64,000 nucleotides of DNA, taken from the IMG/VR virus record IMGVR_UViG_3300017722_005389. One strand, written 5' to 3'. The DNA is from a virus. Lineage: Duplodnaviria > Caudoviricetes. The position numbers and the translations under genes are program-made. Below are positions 20,027-31,035 of the stretch, one piece after another (position 1 is the stretch's first letter; each line of letters starts with the position of its first letter). The notes beneath the pieces are model-generated. The model saw only the letters and a list, made by a program, of their open reading frames with translations. It was not told the DNA's origin and ran no database searches.

Positions 20027-23000
20027 ATGGCAACATTATTATCTTTAATAGGTGAAAATGAAAGATTTCGATTAAAACCAAAGAATCTTAATGGGACTGA
20101 TGATGTCACAGAAAATGGATTTTCATCTTATTTAGATGATTATGGTACAACTGCTATACAAGACTATAGTGATGATGTTAATACTGAATCTCCATCTGTT
20201 TCAGAAGTTGGTGATATAGCTTTAAGAGATTCAAAAGATTATAATATATTTCCTCAAGATACTTACAGCGAAGCAGAAGTTGAACGAATTGATGTTTCAG
20301 TTATTGATATGCCTGGAATTGATGAGATAAGTGAAGACATCTATCTTTCAAGAACTGTATATAACAAATATTCAAATTTAGAATATATCCCACTGGAAGT
20401 TCTTGATGCAGTTGGAGTGCAAAGTTACGATGGAACGTATGGTGATTATATTGGAACAATTCTTTCAAATCTTGAACAACGTGGAAATACACTTGCCGAT
20501 ATTTTTATTGGTCGATGGAATCTTGAAGATTCTCCAATAGGTGTTATAGGTGGTGAGGCATTATATCAAGCATTGACAACTCAATTTAAAGATGGTGTTT
20601 CAAGAAAAGTTGTTGGGATTCTAAATAAAAATGTTCTTTCTTTATTGGAAGGCGATGCTTTAATAAGAGAGGATTATGAGATTACAAATCCAAAAAATAG
20701 ACTTGCAAGAGCTGCAGAATTTGCTGCAAAGTTAAGCAGTCTTGAGAACCCATTGTCATATCTTCCAGAAGATGTTTTTAATTACAATAGAGTTAGAACT
20801 GTTACCGATGGAAATGTTCGTTATATTGGCTCAGAATTGACTTATAAAGACCAAGTGGCACTTATACTGCAATATACAGGAAAAGGTCAAGAGAAGCAAT
20901 TATTGAGCCTTGTGGACTTAAATATTTACAAAAATGAAATTGAAGGTAGAACTAGAACTATAAGAGCTAATACGTACACAAATTTTATTAAAGGAGCTAT
21001 AAATAATTTAGATAATTCTGATTTTATTGTTAAAGGAGATTTAATTATACCTGCACCTGATGGTTATTATGAGCCATATGGTGTTATAAGTAGACATAAA
21101 AATAATGATAAAAGTTTTGGTACTCCAGAAAAACAATTATTTTCTGATGGGTTTTGGTTTGTATGGACAACTGATGCATTTAATCTAACACCTTCAGTTG
21201 TTGATGAATCATATTCTGTAGGATGGGTTGCTAGAGAGAATCCATTTAAATCTAAATCATTATTATACAAAACTCAAGAATTAGTAAATTCTCAGCAAGC
21301 ATTTTTAGATTTAAGTAAAAAAGAGTTTATAGAAATTGTTGATGGGGATCCGAAAATAATTTCAAGAGGTGATGCAACTACTGCCTCTGGAGATTATACT
21401 GATGATGATGGTACTCTAATTAAACAGGGTGAATATTTTAGAGTTTGGACTAAACAAAGAGGTTATAATAGGCTTGATAGAACTTTGAGGCATCGTGGTT
21501 TGGATAATGGTGAAAAACGAACTGTTCTTAATGATAATGGTATTCCTAATTATGCTCCGACTATAAGGGAGGCTAATAGAAGTAACGGTCTTGTTTCAGA
21601 TGAGGTTATTAAGAGGTATATGCTTTCTCTTGAGAATCTTGCTTGGAATGATTATATGGATGATTTACCTGAATGTGAGCAAGGTCCTGGCGATCCACTA
21701 ACAGGTACAAGAGGTCGTATTATGTGGTTTCCTCCATATAATTTAAGTTTTGATGAAACTTCTACAGCTTCTTGGCAAGACCATTCTTTCATAGGTAGAG
21801 GTGAAAAAATATATACATACACTAATACTGATAGAAGTGGAAATCTTTCATTTCAAATTCTTGTAGACCATCCAGATGTAATACATACTTTAGTTGGAGA
21901 AAAAACTCAATTCTGGGAAAGATATTTCAAAGGAGATAAGCTTGTTCAAGAGGAAGCTATCAAAAGATATAAAGAGCTTACAAAATTATCGCAGAAAGAA
22001 TTAGATGAAATAAAAAAGATTCAAAATAATAATTTACCAAGATTTAAGAAGGTTCCTGTTAAGGTTAAACCTAAAAAAGAGGTTGAACAAAAAAAGGCTG
22101 AAGAGACAAAAAAGAAAGTTGATGAAAATAAAAAAAAGTTAGAAGAAAATAGTGATAAAAAGAAGGAAAATCAACAAACTGAAGATAAAACTGGCACTAA
22201 AGACTTACCATTAGGCGCACTTCTTTTGAGTGTATATTTTCCTAATGATGAAAAAACTATACCACTTGCTCCAGTAACATATAATTATTCTTCAGAGGAT
22301 GATAGCTATACTGTTGATAATAATTTGTCTTTAAAAACGTTACAATTAAAAAATTACGGTTATGAAGGTGGACCAAAAATAAATGAATTAGGATTTCTTT
22401 CTAGTGATAAATATACTATAGAAAATATTTCAGGTTTAAAATATAAATTGCAAGGGTCAAATACTGCTGTAAATATAAATTATACTTATAAGGAAGGAAA
22501 ACTTGTTTCTAATCAATATGTTTGTAAAAATCTTGCAATTTCAGCTATAGGTTATAAAGATAGAAATAATCTTGGATTAAATAATAAATTTTATTTTGAA
22601 TGGAAATCTTCATTTTTGAAGTTATTAAAAGGAGTTAAAAAAGCTAAAGTAACTATAATGGGTAATGCTTCAGGTGCAATACCTGTTGGAAGTACTAATA
22701 CAGCTTTAGCATCTGGTAGAGCAAATAATGTAAAAACTTGGTTTGAACAAAATGTAATTAAACTCCTTAAAACTCTTAATCAAGACACTACTGGTATAGA
22801 AATAGTGGTTGAAAGTCAAGGTGACTTAGAAGACGTTGCCTTAAAACAACAAAATGCTGAATTGCAAAAAAATGGTTTGGCAGGTATTCCTTTTTGTCAA
22901 GATTGTGATGAATCCGATAAAGAAGCGTGTAAAAAAACAAGAAGAGTTGATATTTTTGTTAAGGTTTTGGATGAAGTTGTTGTGCCTCCTATAGTAGATC

Positions 23001-24391
23001 CAAATACAAATGAACCAAATATACCACCGTTTAATCCTACTGGAAGTACAATTACACCTGAAGAGGAACCAATTGTTGAGCCAACTATAGAAGACACAAT
23101 AGAAGACCTTGAAACTTCTGAAGAGTTAATTCCTGATGACACTCAAGACAATATGGATCCAAATGGAGACCCTAACGAACCTGTTATAGACCCTGCGATC
23201 CTTAGAAAATTAGTTTATACTGAATGTGATTTTTTCAAATATCTTGAAACAGATCAACCTTTTACATATCAAACAATAAGTGAAAAAATAAAATATTTCA
23301 CCCCTGCATTTCATTCTATTACACCTCAAGGATTAAATTCCAGACTTACGTTTTTACATCAATGTACAAGACAAGGTGATAGTATTGGAATGGATGGTGT
23401 AGATAATATTAAAAATCTTGCATTTGGTAGACCTCCTGTTTGTATCCTAAGAATTGGTGATTTTTTTCATGTGAAAATTATAATTGAAACTTTAAGTATA
23501 AAATATGCAAATGATACTATTACATGGGATACAAATCCTGAAGGTATAGGAGTTCAACCAATGGTTGCAGATGTTTCTTTAGCAATAAAAATACTTGGTG
23601 GAATGTCATTGACAGCTCCAATAAACCGATTGCAAAATGCATTATCATTTAATTTTTATGCTAATACTGAAGTTTATGATAAAAGGGCTGATAGTGTAGT
23701 TTTTGAACAAAAATTTGATAAGGATGGTAAATTAGATATCGATTCAACTTATGGTACTCTCAAGGCAGCAAAAATTGTCGATGGTATAAAACTTTCATCT
23801 CTAATAAAATTAAGTGAAGCTCAAAAGCAGAAAAGATTGGCTAAAATTCGATTAGAAAGTAGATTGGTTAATCCAACTTCAACGGAACCTATTGTATCAA
23901 CAGAAAAAATCACTACAGCTGGTGATATTAATTCGTTATTAGAATATAAAGCTAATGCAGGTGTACCTTTAACTCCCTTTGAAAAAATATTGACATCTAT
24001 TGGAATTGAAACAAAGAATAAATTTTTATTTGAAAGTTTAGATCCTAAAGATTCAAAAAGTATAAAAGATACTATGATTGGAAACTTACAAGAAGAAACT
24101 TCTTTATTAAATGAGCAAGCTAAAGATTTATATACAAGAAGATTTAATTCAAAAAATCCAGATGATGTAGAGTATTTAAATAAATTATTAAAAACAGGTG
24201 AGCCTTTTAATCCTAAAATTCCTGCATCAGCTAGACAATATACTGATTTCGCAGAATCAATGAAGCAATATGTTGAAGTAAGTGTCAGTGATCCTAATAA
24301 ATTAACTGAAGTGGATATAACTAAAACAATTGACGAATATTTGACTGCTTATAGGCAAATTTGGGTTGAATCAACTATATTAAGAAGATAA
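20027..24391 (+). CDS. Large baseplate/tube-initiator protein with OmpA-like domain
   Basis: Tube-like segments (WFPPYNLSF.E...W....FIGRGE..Y.Y and FGRPPVCILRIGDF) flank VYFPND...GNAS...N.ALASGRANNV...RRVDI. Confidence 0.7.
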   Translation: MATLLSLIGENERFRLKPKNLNGTDDVTENGFSSYLDDYGTTAIQDYSDDVNTESPSVSEVGDIALRDSKDYNIFPQDTYSEAEVERIDVSVIDMPGIDEISEDIYLSRTVYNKYSNLEYIPLEVLDAVGVQSYDGTYGDYIGTILSNLEQRGNTLADIFIGRWNLEDSPIGVIGGEALYQALTTQFKDGVSRKVVGILNKNVLSLLEGDALIREDYEITNPKNRLARAAEFAAKLSSLENPLSYLPEDVFNYNRVRTVTDGNVRYIGSELTYKDQVALILQYTGKGQEKQLLSLVDLNIYKNEIEGRTRTIRANTYTNFIKGAINNLDNSDFIVKGDLIIPAPDGYYEPYGVISRHKNNDKSFGTPEKQLFSDGFWFVWTTDAFNLTPSVVDESYSVGWVARENPFKSKSLLYKTQELVNSQQAFLDLSKKEFIEIVDGDPKIISRGDATTASGDYTDDDGTLIKQGEYFRVWTKQRGYNRLDRTLRHRGLDNGEKRTVLNDNGIPNYAPTIREANRSNGLVSDEVIKRYMLSLENLAWNDYMDDLPECEQGPGDPLTGTRGRIMWFPPYNLSFDETSTASWQDHSFIGRGEKIYTYTNTDRSGNLSFQILVDHPDVIHTLVGEKTQFWERYFKGDKLVQEEAIKRYKELTKLSQKELDEIKKIQNNNLPRFKKVPVKVKPKKEVEQKKAEETKKKVDENKKKLEENSDKKKENQQTEDKTGTKDLPLGALLLSVYFPNDEKTIPLAPVTYNYSSEDDSYTVDNNLSLKTLQLKNYGYEGGPKINELGFLSSDKYTIENISGLKYKLQGSNTAVNINYTYKEGKLVSNQYVCKNLAISAIGYKDRNNLGLNNKFYFEWKSSFLKLLKGVKKAKVTIMGNASGAIPVGSTNTALASGRANNVKTWFEQNVIKLLKTLNQDTTGIEIVVESQGDLEDVALKQQNAELQKNGLAGIPFCQDCDESDKEACKKTRRVDIFVKVLDEVVVPPIVDPNTNEPNIPPFNPTGSTITPEEEPIVEPTIEDTIEDLETSEELIPDDTQDNMDPNGDPNEPVIDPAILRKLVYTECDFFKYLETDQPFTYQTISEKIKYFTPAFHSITPQGLNSRLTFLHQCTRQGDSIGMDGVDNIKNLAFGRPPVCILRIGDFFHVKIIIETLSIKYANDTITWDTNPEGIGVQPMVADVSLAIKILGGMSLTAPINRLQNALSFNFYANTEVYDKRADSVVFEQKFDKDGKLDIDSTYGTLKAAKIVDGIKLSSLIKLSEAQKQKRLAKIRLESRLVNPTSTEPIVSTEKITTAGDINSLLEYKANAGVPLTPFEKILTSIGIETKNKFLFESLDPKDSKSIKDTMIGNLQEETSLLNEQAKDLYTRRFNSKNPDDVEYLNKLLKTGEPFNPKIPASARQYTDFAESMKQYVEVSVSDPNKLTEVDITKTIDEYLTAYRQIWVESTILRR

Positions 24392-24398
24392 ATAAATT

Positions 24399-24716
24399 AT
24401 GGATAGTATAAATAGATATCAAAAATTCACATCTAATAGTGAGATGAAAATAATGCCTTTTATAAAAATTAGGGTAAAGGGTAGTGACAAAAGTATTATT
24501 TGGAATAAAAGTACTCATAGGTTAGATGTATTGAGCCAAAGATATTATGGTGTTCCTGATGCAGGGTGGCTTATAATGATGGCAAATGCACAATATGGTA
24601 CTGATGAATTCGATATTCCAGATGGAGAATTAGTAATAATTCCTTATCCTTACAAAACATCTATACAATCTTATTTAGATGAGATTGTAAGATTTGATGC
24701 TAAATTTGGGATTTAG
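24399..24716 (+). CDS. LysM-like baseplate wedge protein (gp53/P2 gpX-like)
   Basis: RLDVLSQRYYG....WLIMMAN...G.LV.IP motif. Confidence 0.7.
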   Translation: MDSINRYQKFTSNSEMKIMPFIKIRVKGSDKSIIWNKSTHRLDVLSQRYYGVPDAGWLIMMANAQYGTDEFDIPDGELVIIPYPYKTSIQSYLDEIVRFDAKFGI

Positions 24717-24744
24717 ATAATTATAAGCTAAATTAAATAAAAAA

Positions 24745-27700
24745 ATGGGTGATATAGAAACAATTTCAAATGATAACTTTTTTACAGTGGTTGTTGACCC
24801 AAATGGACTCAATAAACAGAATGTACGTAATGAAGACTTATTTATATACGTAGATTTTAGGTCTTTACCTAAAACTAGGTCTGTTGTTCAAACGGATGGT
24901 TCTGTTACTAATGAAGTATTTGAAACTAAAGGTGTAAGCTTTATTGCCTCTAAAAAACAAAATGGTTCTAATTATCTTACAACTGATTATACTAATATAG
25001 GTGGTAGTAATCCTAAAGAAGAAGAAGGATTTGGTATTAAGAGTATAAGTATTGAATATGGAAAAGAATTTAATCCTATTATTAAAATAGAGTTTGTGGA
25101 TGTAAGAGGTGCAGGGCTTTTTAATGGATATGAAACGGTTGATGATGAGGGTATACTTTCTAATAATTCTACTTTTTCTTCATTTTTTTCTCTACCTTAT
25201 CCATTATTCAAATTAACCGTAAAAGGGTTTTATGGAAAGGCTGTTTCTTATTGTTTACATTTAATGAAATGGTCACTAGAATTAGATGGTGAAAATGGGG
25301 ATTTTAAAATTATTGCAGAATTTCAAGGTTACACTTTTGCATTTTTTAATGATATATTGTTGAAACATGTTATAACTATTATTAATATGAATGTTGGGCA
25401 AGAAGCTCTAAAGGGACATGGTGTAATTTCAATATCAGAATTAGTAACTCGTTTAGGAAAATTAACAAGTATTTCTGAAGAATATAAAAAGAATAGTAAA
25501 ACTTTTGAAGAGTTAAAATTTATAAATTCATTATTACTTGATAGAATTGAAATTTTATCAAATAGTATAGGTGAAGTTATGACTGTTGCAAATATTTCCT
25601 CTTTTGGTACACCTCTTCCGATACCGCAATTAAAAAATGGTACTGATCAACTTTTTGTTAGAGATGTGGCATTAATTTCTGAAGAAAAACTTGAAACATT
25701 AAAATTTATAATTGAAGACCTTGGAAAATATGTAAAAGAATATAATGATTTTATCAAAACGAATTCATCTAAATATCCTTATGGAAATGAATATAAAATT
25801 GATGATTTTAATATTTCTGTGCCTACAATTGCATATGTTATAGATGATAGTACAACTAATATTATAATTGATAAAGTAAAAAAGGATGGATTATCTGATA
25901 ATAATGCATTAACTACTACTACTGCTATTAGAAGTAGGTTAAATTTACCAAATAATTCAACTAAGAAATTTTATATAATTGATTTTCATAAATTCAGAAA
26001 AGAGATTTCTCAAATTAAAAGTGATTTATCAAAAAAGAAAAGTAATGTTGAAAAGAAAGTTAATGATGAATTAAACAGCGATATAGAAACTCAATTAAAT
26101 TTAAAATTAAATATTTCAAATGTATATGAAATCATTCTTGGAAATGTTGAAGCGTATTTGAAGGTTGTTCATGATTATGCAGTTGCTGCAGATAGTCCTT
26201 CTATTCAATCTCAAAGGCTAAGTGCTATTAGAGGTGCTGTTACAGATATTCCTATCACCTATGAAAATAGAGTTTTCCCATTTCCATCTGTTTTTGATTC
26301 AAATACAGGCGAAGAGGTTTGGATTGGGGATATTGTTGGAGACGATAACCCTTATTTCCCAGAAATTGAACTTGTTAGGTTAAGTTTGAACTCTGCTGTG
26401 ACTTCTGAAGGAAAAAATGTTAAAGATAGAGAAAAAAATGATTCAAGTACAAGTGTAACTCCTACTGAAGGAGGTTGGATGCCATTATCTTTAGAACATA
26501 GTTTGCCTAGAGGTAGAGCTTATTTTTTACCTAATGGTGATCCAATTACAGATACACCAACTGAAGAGTTTAGTAATCCTTACATTTATAAATATCCATC
26601 AATTACGCTTAATTCATCTGAAAAGATTATTGGAGCTTATAATACTGATTTATCGAATGGTCTTTTTGCAGCTTATTATGAAATGGGTTTTGATAATGAT
26701 ACAATATTATTTTTAGCCAAACTTGATGCATGTTTTGCGTATAATAATACAAATGATAAATATGTTAGAGATCTTTTAAATAATATAACTTTAGAAGATT
26801 TTTATCTTTTTAATTCAATCGATGCTATTTTTTTTATGAAAGAACCTATTTTAATAGGGAGTTCAATTGATACAAAAGGAACAGTATTGGAAAATCTTTC
26901 TTTAAACCCTAGTTTTGCTTCAGATAGTAAAATAATAAAAAACATACAAAATCAACCTAAACGTAATCTCATTAAAGATGTAAATGATGAAATAGAAGCA
27001 CAAAAAAAACCTTTAGAAGATATATTAATTCCTAATAAACATAAAACTATTCATAGGCAGATTGATAAAAATACTTATCTGATTAAAGGTGATATTACAG
27101 ATTTATTATGGACTAATGAAGTAAAAGCTAACATAAGAAAATTCTATAAATCTGAAACGAGTAATGATTTACTACAGAAGGATCCTGTTAGTTTTACCAT
27201 TTCATCTAAGATAAATGATTTTTCAATTTTTGATGGTCAAATTAATCCAGCAGTTGATTTTGTTAAATCTATAGATCCAAATAGTAAATTTACAAATATA
27301 AAAAGAAGTAAAATTGGTTTAAATTTATTTCCATCTTTTTCTACGGTTTTAAGTAGACCAACAAACACTGATTCAATATTAGATACCATTTATTATAAAA
27401 GTGCTTCAACTACAGAAAGAGCATACTTGTTCTTATTAACAACTCCTATTGATGAAACTTATGATTTTTATGAGATGTTATCATATGGAGGTATGTATAA
27501 AATCACTAAAATGCAATTGGCTTGGGTTTCAGCTCAATTTTGGAGGGCAAAATATATAAAAGATTTTGGTGTAGATGTTTTTGTTGGTATTTTTGATAAA
27601 GTTGTAGATAATGTTACAAATAATATATTAACAATTCCTGATACTACATCAGAGCGTCAATTATTAAATGAATTATCAAATCAATTAACTCAATTAGGAA

Positions 27701-30174
27701 AGGATACTGAAAGATATTTACCTGATTTATCAGCATTTTCACAAGAGTTTATTGATAAACTCATAAGTTTTTATGTAAATTGGGTTGTAAATTCTTATAC
27801 TCCAGACCCAAATTTATTAATATCTGATTATACTAATCAAGATAAAAGTTTAGAGAATACGTTATTTAATTTTATGGATCTTTATAGTGTTGGTGCAAAT
27901 AATCCTATTAATGGTTCTCAAAATTTTGCTGCATTTCAATATTATTATGAATTACTTTTAAAAGAATTTACTGAACCTGTTGATTTTTTTGTTAATTCTA
28001 ATTATAATATAGAAATTGAAACAAATAGAGATGGAATTCCAAATGAATTTTCTTTATCTTACTATAAAGAATGGTTATCAACATTTAAAAAACTTTATCT
28101 CAAGAGTAATAATACAACTACAAATACCACTACAACTACTACTGGATCTGATCCGTATTATATAACAGATAAAGACACTAAATTAGCTGCATATAAATAT
28201 TTTAAAAATTTATATGATAAGTGGCTTGCTGGTACTAAAGATGGAAAAGTTTTTAATTCTTGCTCAGGGGGTTTAAGTAATGTTCCAGGTTCTAAGTTAA
28301 TAGATAGATTTCATTTTGTAGATTCGACATTTAATCCAATAGGACATATTGCTGTTGTTGACCCTGAAATGTTAAGAACTTTAACAAATACAGGGGATTT
28401 GCCTTTGTTAAATTTTTTATCTAAACTTTCAGATGCATCAGGGTTTAATAATTTTATTTTACCTTCTTTTGTAAACTATAAAACGCCTAGAGCAGGTTTA
28501 GAAATGTGGAAACCTCAAACTACAGTAGAAAATGTAAATTCTGGTGCAGCATTCTTTTGTGTATATAATAAAAATCAAAGCTCTAAAGTTTTAGACATTG
28601 GTAAAAAATCTTTTTATGTTAATGATGGATTTGATTTTAGAGATACTGACATAGGTAATATACCAACAGGATTTAAAAAGAGGGTTCCTTTGAATATTGA
28701 TCAAATTCCTAAAGATAAAGATAAGTATAATTTAGTTGTATTTAGGGTTGGATATGCGGATCAAAATCAAAACATCTTTAAGACCATAAAGATGAATCAA
28801 ACTGAACATAAAGCTTCTATCGAATTTATTACTAGTCTTGTTGATTATTTTGATTCAAAAGGTGGTACAAAGCCAATGTACAAAAAAGCTAATTTATATA
28901 ACCTATTTTCTTTGAGGTCTTATCAAGTAGATGTTACTTGTCTTGGTAATTTAAATTTGCATCCTTTGAATTACTTTCAACTTGATAATGTTCCATTTTA
29001 TCATGGGGCATATCAAATTATAAAGGTAAATCATAATATAACACCACATAATGCTGAAACAAGTTTTTCTGGTATTAGAATGCCAAGACATTTGCATCCA
29101 ATTGTAAAAACTGTTACAGCTTATGTTAAAATACCATTATCAGATTCTTTATTTAATCAAAATGAAAGACGTAAACCTGTATTCAGACCTTTAGGTGCTA
29201 ATTATTCGGAAGCTGAGATTGCTAAAAATAACTCTGGTTCATCTCCAGGAGTAAAATCTTATAAATTAGGTGAAAATGTTGGTACAGCTACTTCTGTGAC
29301 TACACCTGCATTTACAGGTTCTCTTATGAATATTTCAGGATTATCTGCAAATGAAGTTAAACCATTGAATTTAATTGAAAATGCAACATCTTTAGATAGA
29401 TCTGGTTTATGGGCGAAAAATACACTTTCTCCAAAAATTAATATATCTACTTCTGAATATACTTCATTAATGAACAAAGCGAGACAATCAAATTCTCCTT
29501 CTGCTCAAATAATTTTAACAAATCAAACGGTTTCTAAAGATAAACTTGGCACTTTAGATGCATATCTAAAAGGATTGAATAAAAAACCTTATATTGTAGG
29601 CAAATCGAGGGTTGCAAGACCGCTCACAAATAAAGCTGATCTTGATGCAGCATATGGGTATATTGAATTATCTACTTTACCTGAAGATGATTCTCTTTCA
29701 ACTCCAGGTAGAAAAGAATTTGTTTCGAAATATATAAGAAATTATACTTTACCTTTTAAATTAAGAGGAGTAACAAATAATGGTAATATTATAGATTTAG
29801 GAACATCCTTTCCTTTTCATAAAGAGGTTGGTGATTCTTTTGTTTATGCTATGAAAGAAGTTTTAGATTTCTACGGTCTTGAAAATATTGAAAATCTAGG
29901 TATAAATATATCTGCTGGGACATTTAATTATAGAAGGATGAGGGGTAAGGCTATGCCATCGTTACATGCTTATGGTGCAGCTATAGATTTAGGAGCTGGA
30001 CAGTATTTTAATGCTCATAAATGGACTAAAAAGGATGCATTATTTGCATTACCTGTTTATAGACCTTTTTTAGATATAATGGAAAAATGGGGTTGGTACA
30101 ATCAAGGGAGATATTATAATAACGATTATATGCATTTTCAAGCTGCAACATATGGAAATATAGTAAATTATTAA
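24745..30174 (+). CDS. Baseplate hub protein with C-terminal M15 peptidase
   Basis: 1809 aa; C-terminal GTFNYR, SLHAYGAAID and DYMHFQ Zn-peptidase motifs. Confidence 0.75.
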   Translation: MGDIETISNDNFFTVVVDPNGLNKQNVRNEDLFIYVDFRSLPKTRSVVQTDGSVTNEVFETKGVSFIASKKQNGSNYLTTDYTNIGGSNPKEEEGFGIKSISIEYGKEFNPIIKIEFVDVRGAGLFNGYETVDDEGILSNNSTFSSFFSLPYPLFKLTVKGFYGKAVSYCLHLMKWSLELDGENGDFKIIAEFQGYTFAFFNDILLKHVITIINMNVGQEALKGHGVISISELVTRLGKLTSISEEYKKNSKTFEELKFINSLLLDRIEILSNSIGEVMTVANISSFGTPLPIPQLKNGTDQLFVRDVALISEEKLETLKFIIEDLGKYVKEYNDFIKTNSSKYPYGNEYKIDDFNISVPTIAYVIDDSTTNIIIDKVKKDGLSDNNALTTTTAIRSRLNLPNNSTKKFYIIDFHKFRKEISQIKSDLSKKKSNVEKKVNDELNSDIETQLNLKLNISNVYEIILGNVEAYLKVVHDYAVAADSPSIQSQRLSAIRGAVTDIPITYENRVFPFPSVFDSNTGEEVWIGDIVGDDNPYFPEIELVRLSLNSAVTSEGKNVKDREKNDSSTSVTPTEGGWMPLSLEHSLPRGRAYFLPNGDPITDTPTEEFSNPYIYKYPSITLNSSEKIIGAYNTDLSNGLFAAYYEMGFDNDTILFLAKLDACFAYNNTNDKYVRDLLNNITLEDFYLFNSIDAIFFMKEPILIGSSIDTKGTVLENLSLNPSFASDSKIIKNIQNQPKRNLIKDVNDEIEAQKKPLEDILIPNKHKTIHRQIDKNTYLIKGDITDLLWTNEVKANIRKFYKSETSNDLLQKDPVSFTISSKINDFSIFDGQINPAVDFVKSIDPNSKFTNIKRSKIGLNLFPSFSTVLSRPTNTDSILDTIYYKSASTTERAYLFLLTTPIDETYDFYEMLSYGGMYKITKMQLAWVSAQFWRAKYIKDFGVDVFVGIFDKVVDNVTNNILTIPDTTSERQLLNELSNQLTQLGKDTERYLPDLSAFSQEFIDKLISFYVNWVVNSYTPDPNLLISDYTNQDKSLENTLFNFMDLYSVGANNPINGSQNFAAFQYYYELLLKEFTEPVDFFVNSNYNIEIETNRDGIPNEFSLSYYKEWLSTFKKLYLKSNNTTTNTTTTTTGSDPYYITDKDTKLAAYKYFKNLYDKWLAGTKDGKVFNSCSGGLSNVPGSKLIDRFHFVDSTFNPIGHIAVVDPEMLRTLTNTGDLPLLNFLSKLSDASGFNNFILPSFVNYKTPRAGLEMWKPQTTVENVNSGAAFFCVYNKNQSSKVLDIGKKSFYVNDGFDFRDTDIGNIPTGFKKRVPLNIDQIPKDKDKYNLVVFRVGYADQNQNIFKTIKMNQTEHKASIEFITSLVDYFDSKGGTKPMYKKANLYNLFSLRSYQVDVTCLGNLNLHPLNYFQLDNVPFYHGAYQIIKVNHNITPHNAETSFSGIRMPRHLHPIVKTVTAYVKIPLSDSLFNQNERRKPVFRPLGANYSEAEIAKNNSGSSPGVKSYKLGENVGTATSVTTPAFTGSLMNISGLSANEVKPLNLIENATSLDRSGLWAKNTLSPKINISTSEYTSLMNKARQSNSPSAQIILTNQTVSKDKLGTLDAYLKGLNKKPYIVGKSRVARPLTNKADLDAAYGYIELSTLPEDDSLSTPGRKEFVSKYIRNYTLPFKLRGVTNNGNIIDLGTSFPFHKEVGDSFVYAMKEVLDFYGLENIENLGINISAGTFNYRRMRGKAMPSLHAYGAAIDLGAGQYFNAHKWTKKDALFALPVYRPFLDIMEKWGWYNQGRYYNNDYMHFQAATYGNIVNY

Positions 30175-30177
30175 AAT

Positions 30178-31035
30178 ATGAAACCATTTATTTACGGAGA
30201 TATCAAAGTATCAGAATTTAATCAAAAAATTACACAATTATTAGACCCTAATAAACCACAATTATTAGGGGTAAGTCCATTTCAAAGTTATAAATGGGTT
30301 TTAGCAGTTTTGGCAGAACTCGGAATCACTTTACCTGAAGATATAGATTCAGCTTGGGTATTATTTACTAAAATTAATGATGTAAGTATGAGATATATCA
30401 ATAAAGATGTATTTTCATTAGGAATTCAAAGTTCTTTTGACAATGCTTTACTTTCAAAAGAAATAAAAAGTGGTTCTATTGTATTTGGTTATTTTCCTGG
30501 ACATCCTTATGTTTTTAGGTCAATAGATAAAATGATCACAAATGTGATTTCACCTGTAAAAATTTTTCAATTAAATAGATTCTTAAAAAGAGATGATAAG
30601 GTAAATTTAAATACATCTGAAAGTGACTTTGGTTTTTTTGATACAACTCCTATGAATAAAATGGTTTTTTCTGAAAAGGGGTATAAAGAAAAATGGGAAG
30701 ATGTTGATAATAAAATTTTGATAAATAAAAAATTACCATTTGCACCTATAAATCACGTTGGGATATATTATAACGGTCATTTTTTTAATTTAACATCTAC
30801 TTTAACTGTTGAAGCTCCTGAAGCATTTAGAGCTGTAGCATTCTATAATTTTAAGAATGGATTTTTAAAGGTTAGAGAACTTTTAGGTGATATTAGAGAT
30901 GCTGTAAATACTGCAAATGACATAGCCAATGAAATAAAAAATGATGTTAGAGTTGTAAATAATGAATTTAATAGAATTGGGAACCTTACTGGCATTGAAG
31001 ATGTTAATAAGGTAATCAAAGATATTAACTTCTAA
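30178..31035 (+). CDS. NlpC/P60-fold protein with catalytic Cys replaced by Ser
   Basis: FQSYKWVLAVLAELGITLP, KSGSIVF and NHVGIY align in register with DCSGFV..VY...GISLP, PGDLVF and HVGIY. Confidence 0.5.
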   Translation: MKPFIYGDIKVSEFNQKITQLLDPNKPQLLGVSPFQSYKWVLAVLAELGITLPEDIDSAWVLFTKINDVSMRYINKDVFSLGIQSSFDNALLSKEIKSGSIVFGYFPGHPYVFRSIDKMITNVISPVKIFQLNRFLKRDDKVNLNTSESDFGFFDTTPMNKMVFSEKGYKEKWEDVDNKILINKKLPFAPINHVGIYYNGHFFNLTSTLTVEAPEAFRAVAFYNFKNGFLKVRELLGDIRDAVNTANDIANEIKNDVRVVNNEFNRIGNLTGIEDVNKVIKDINF

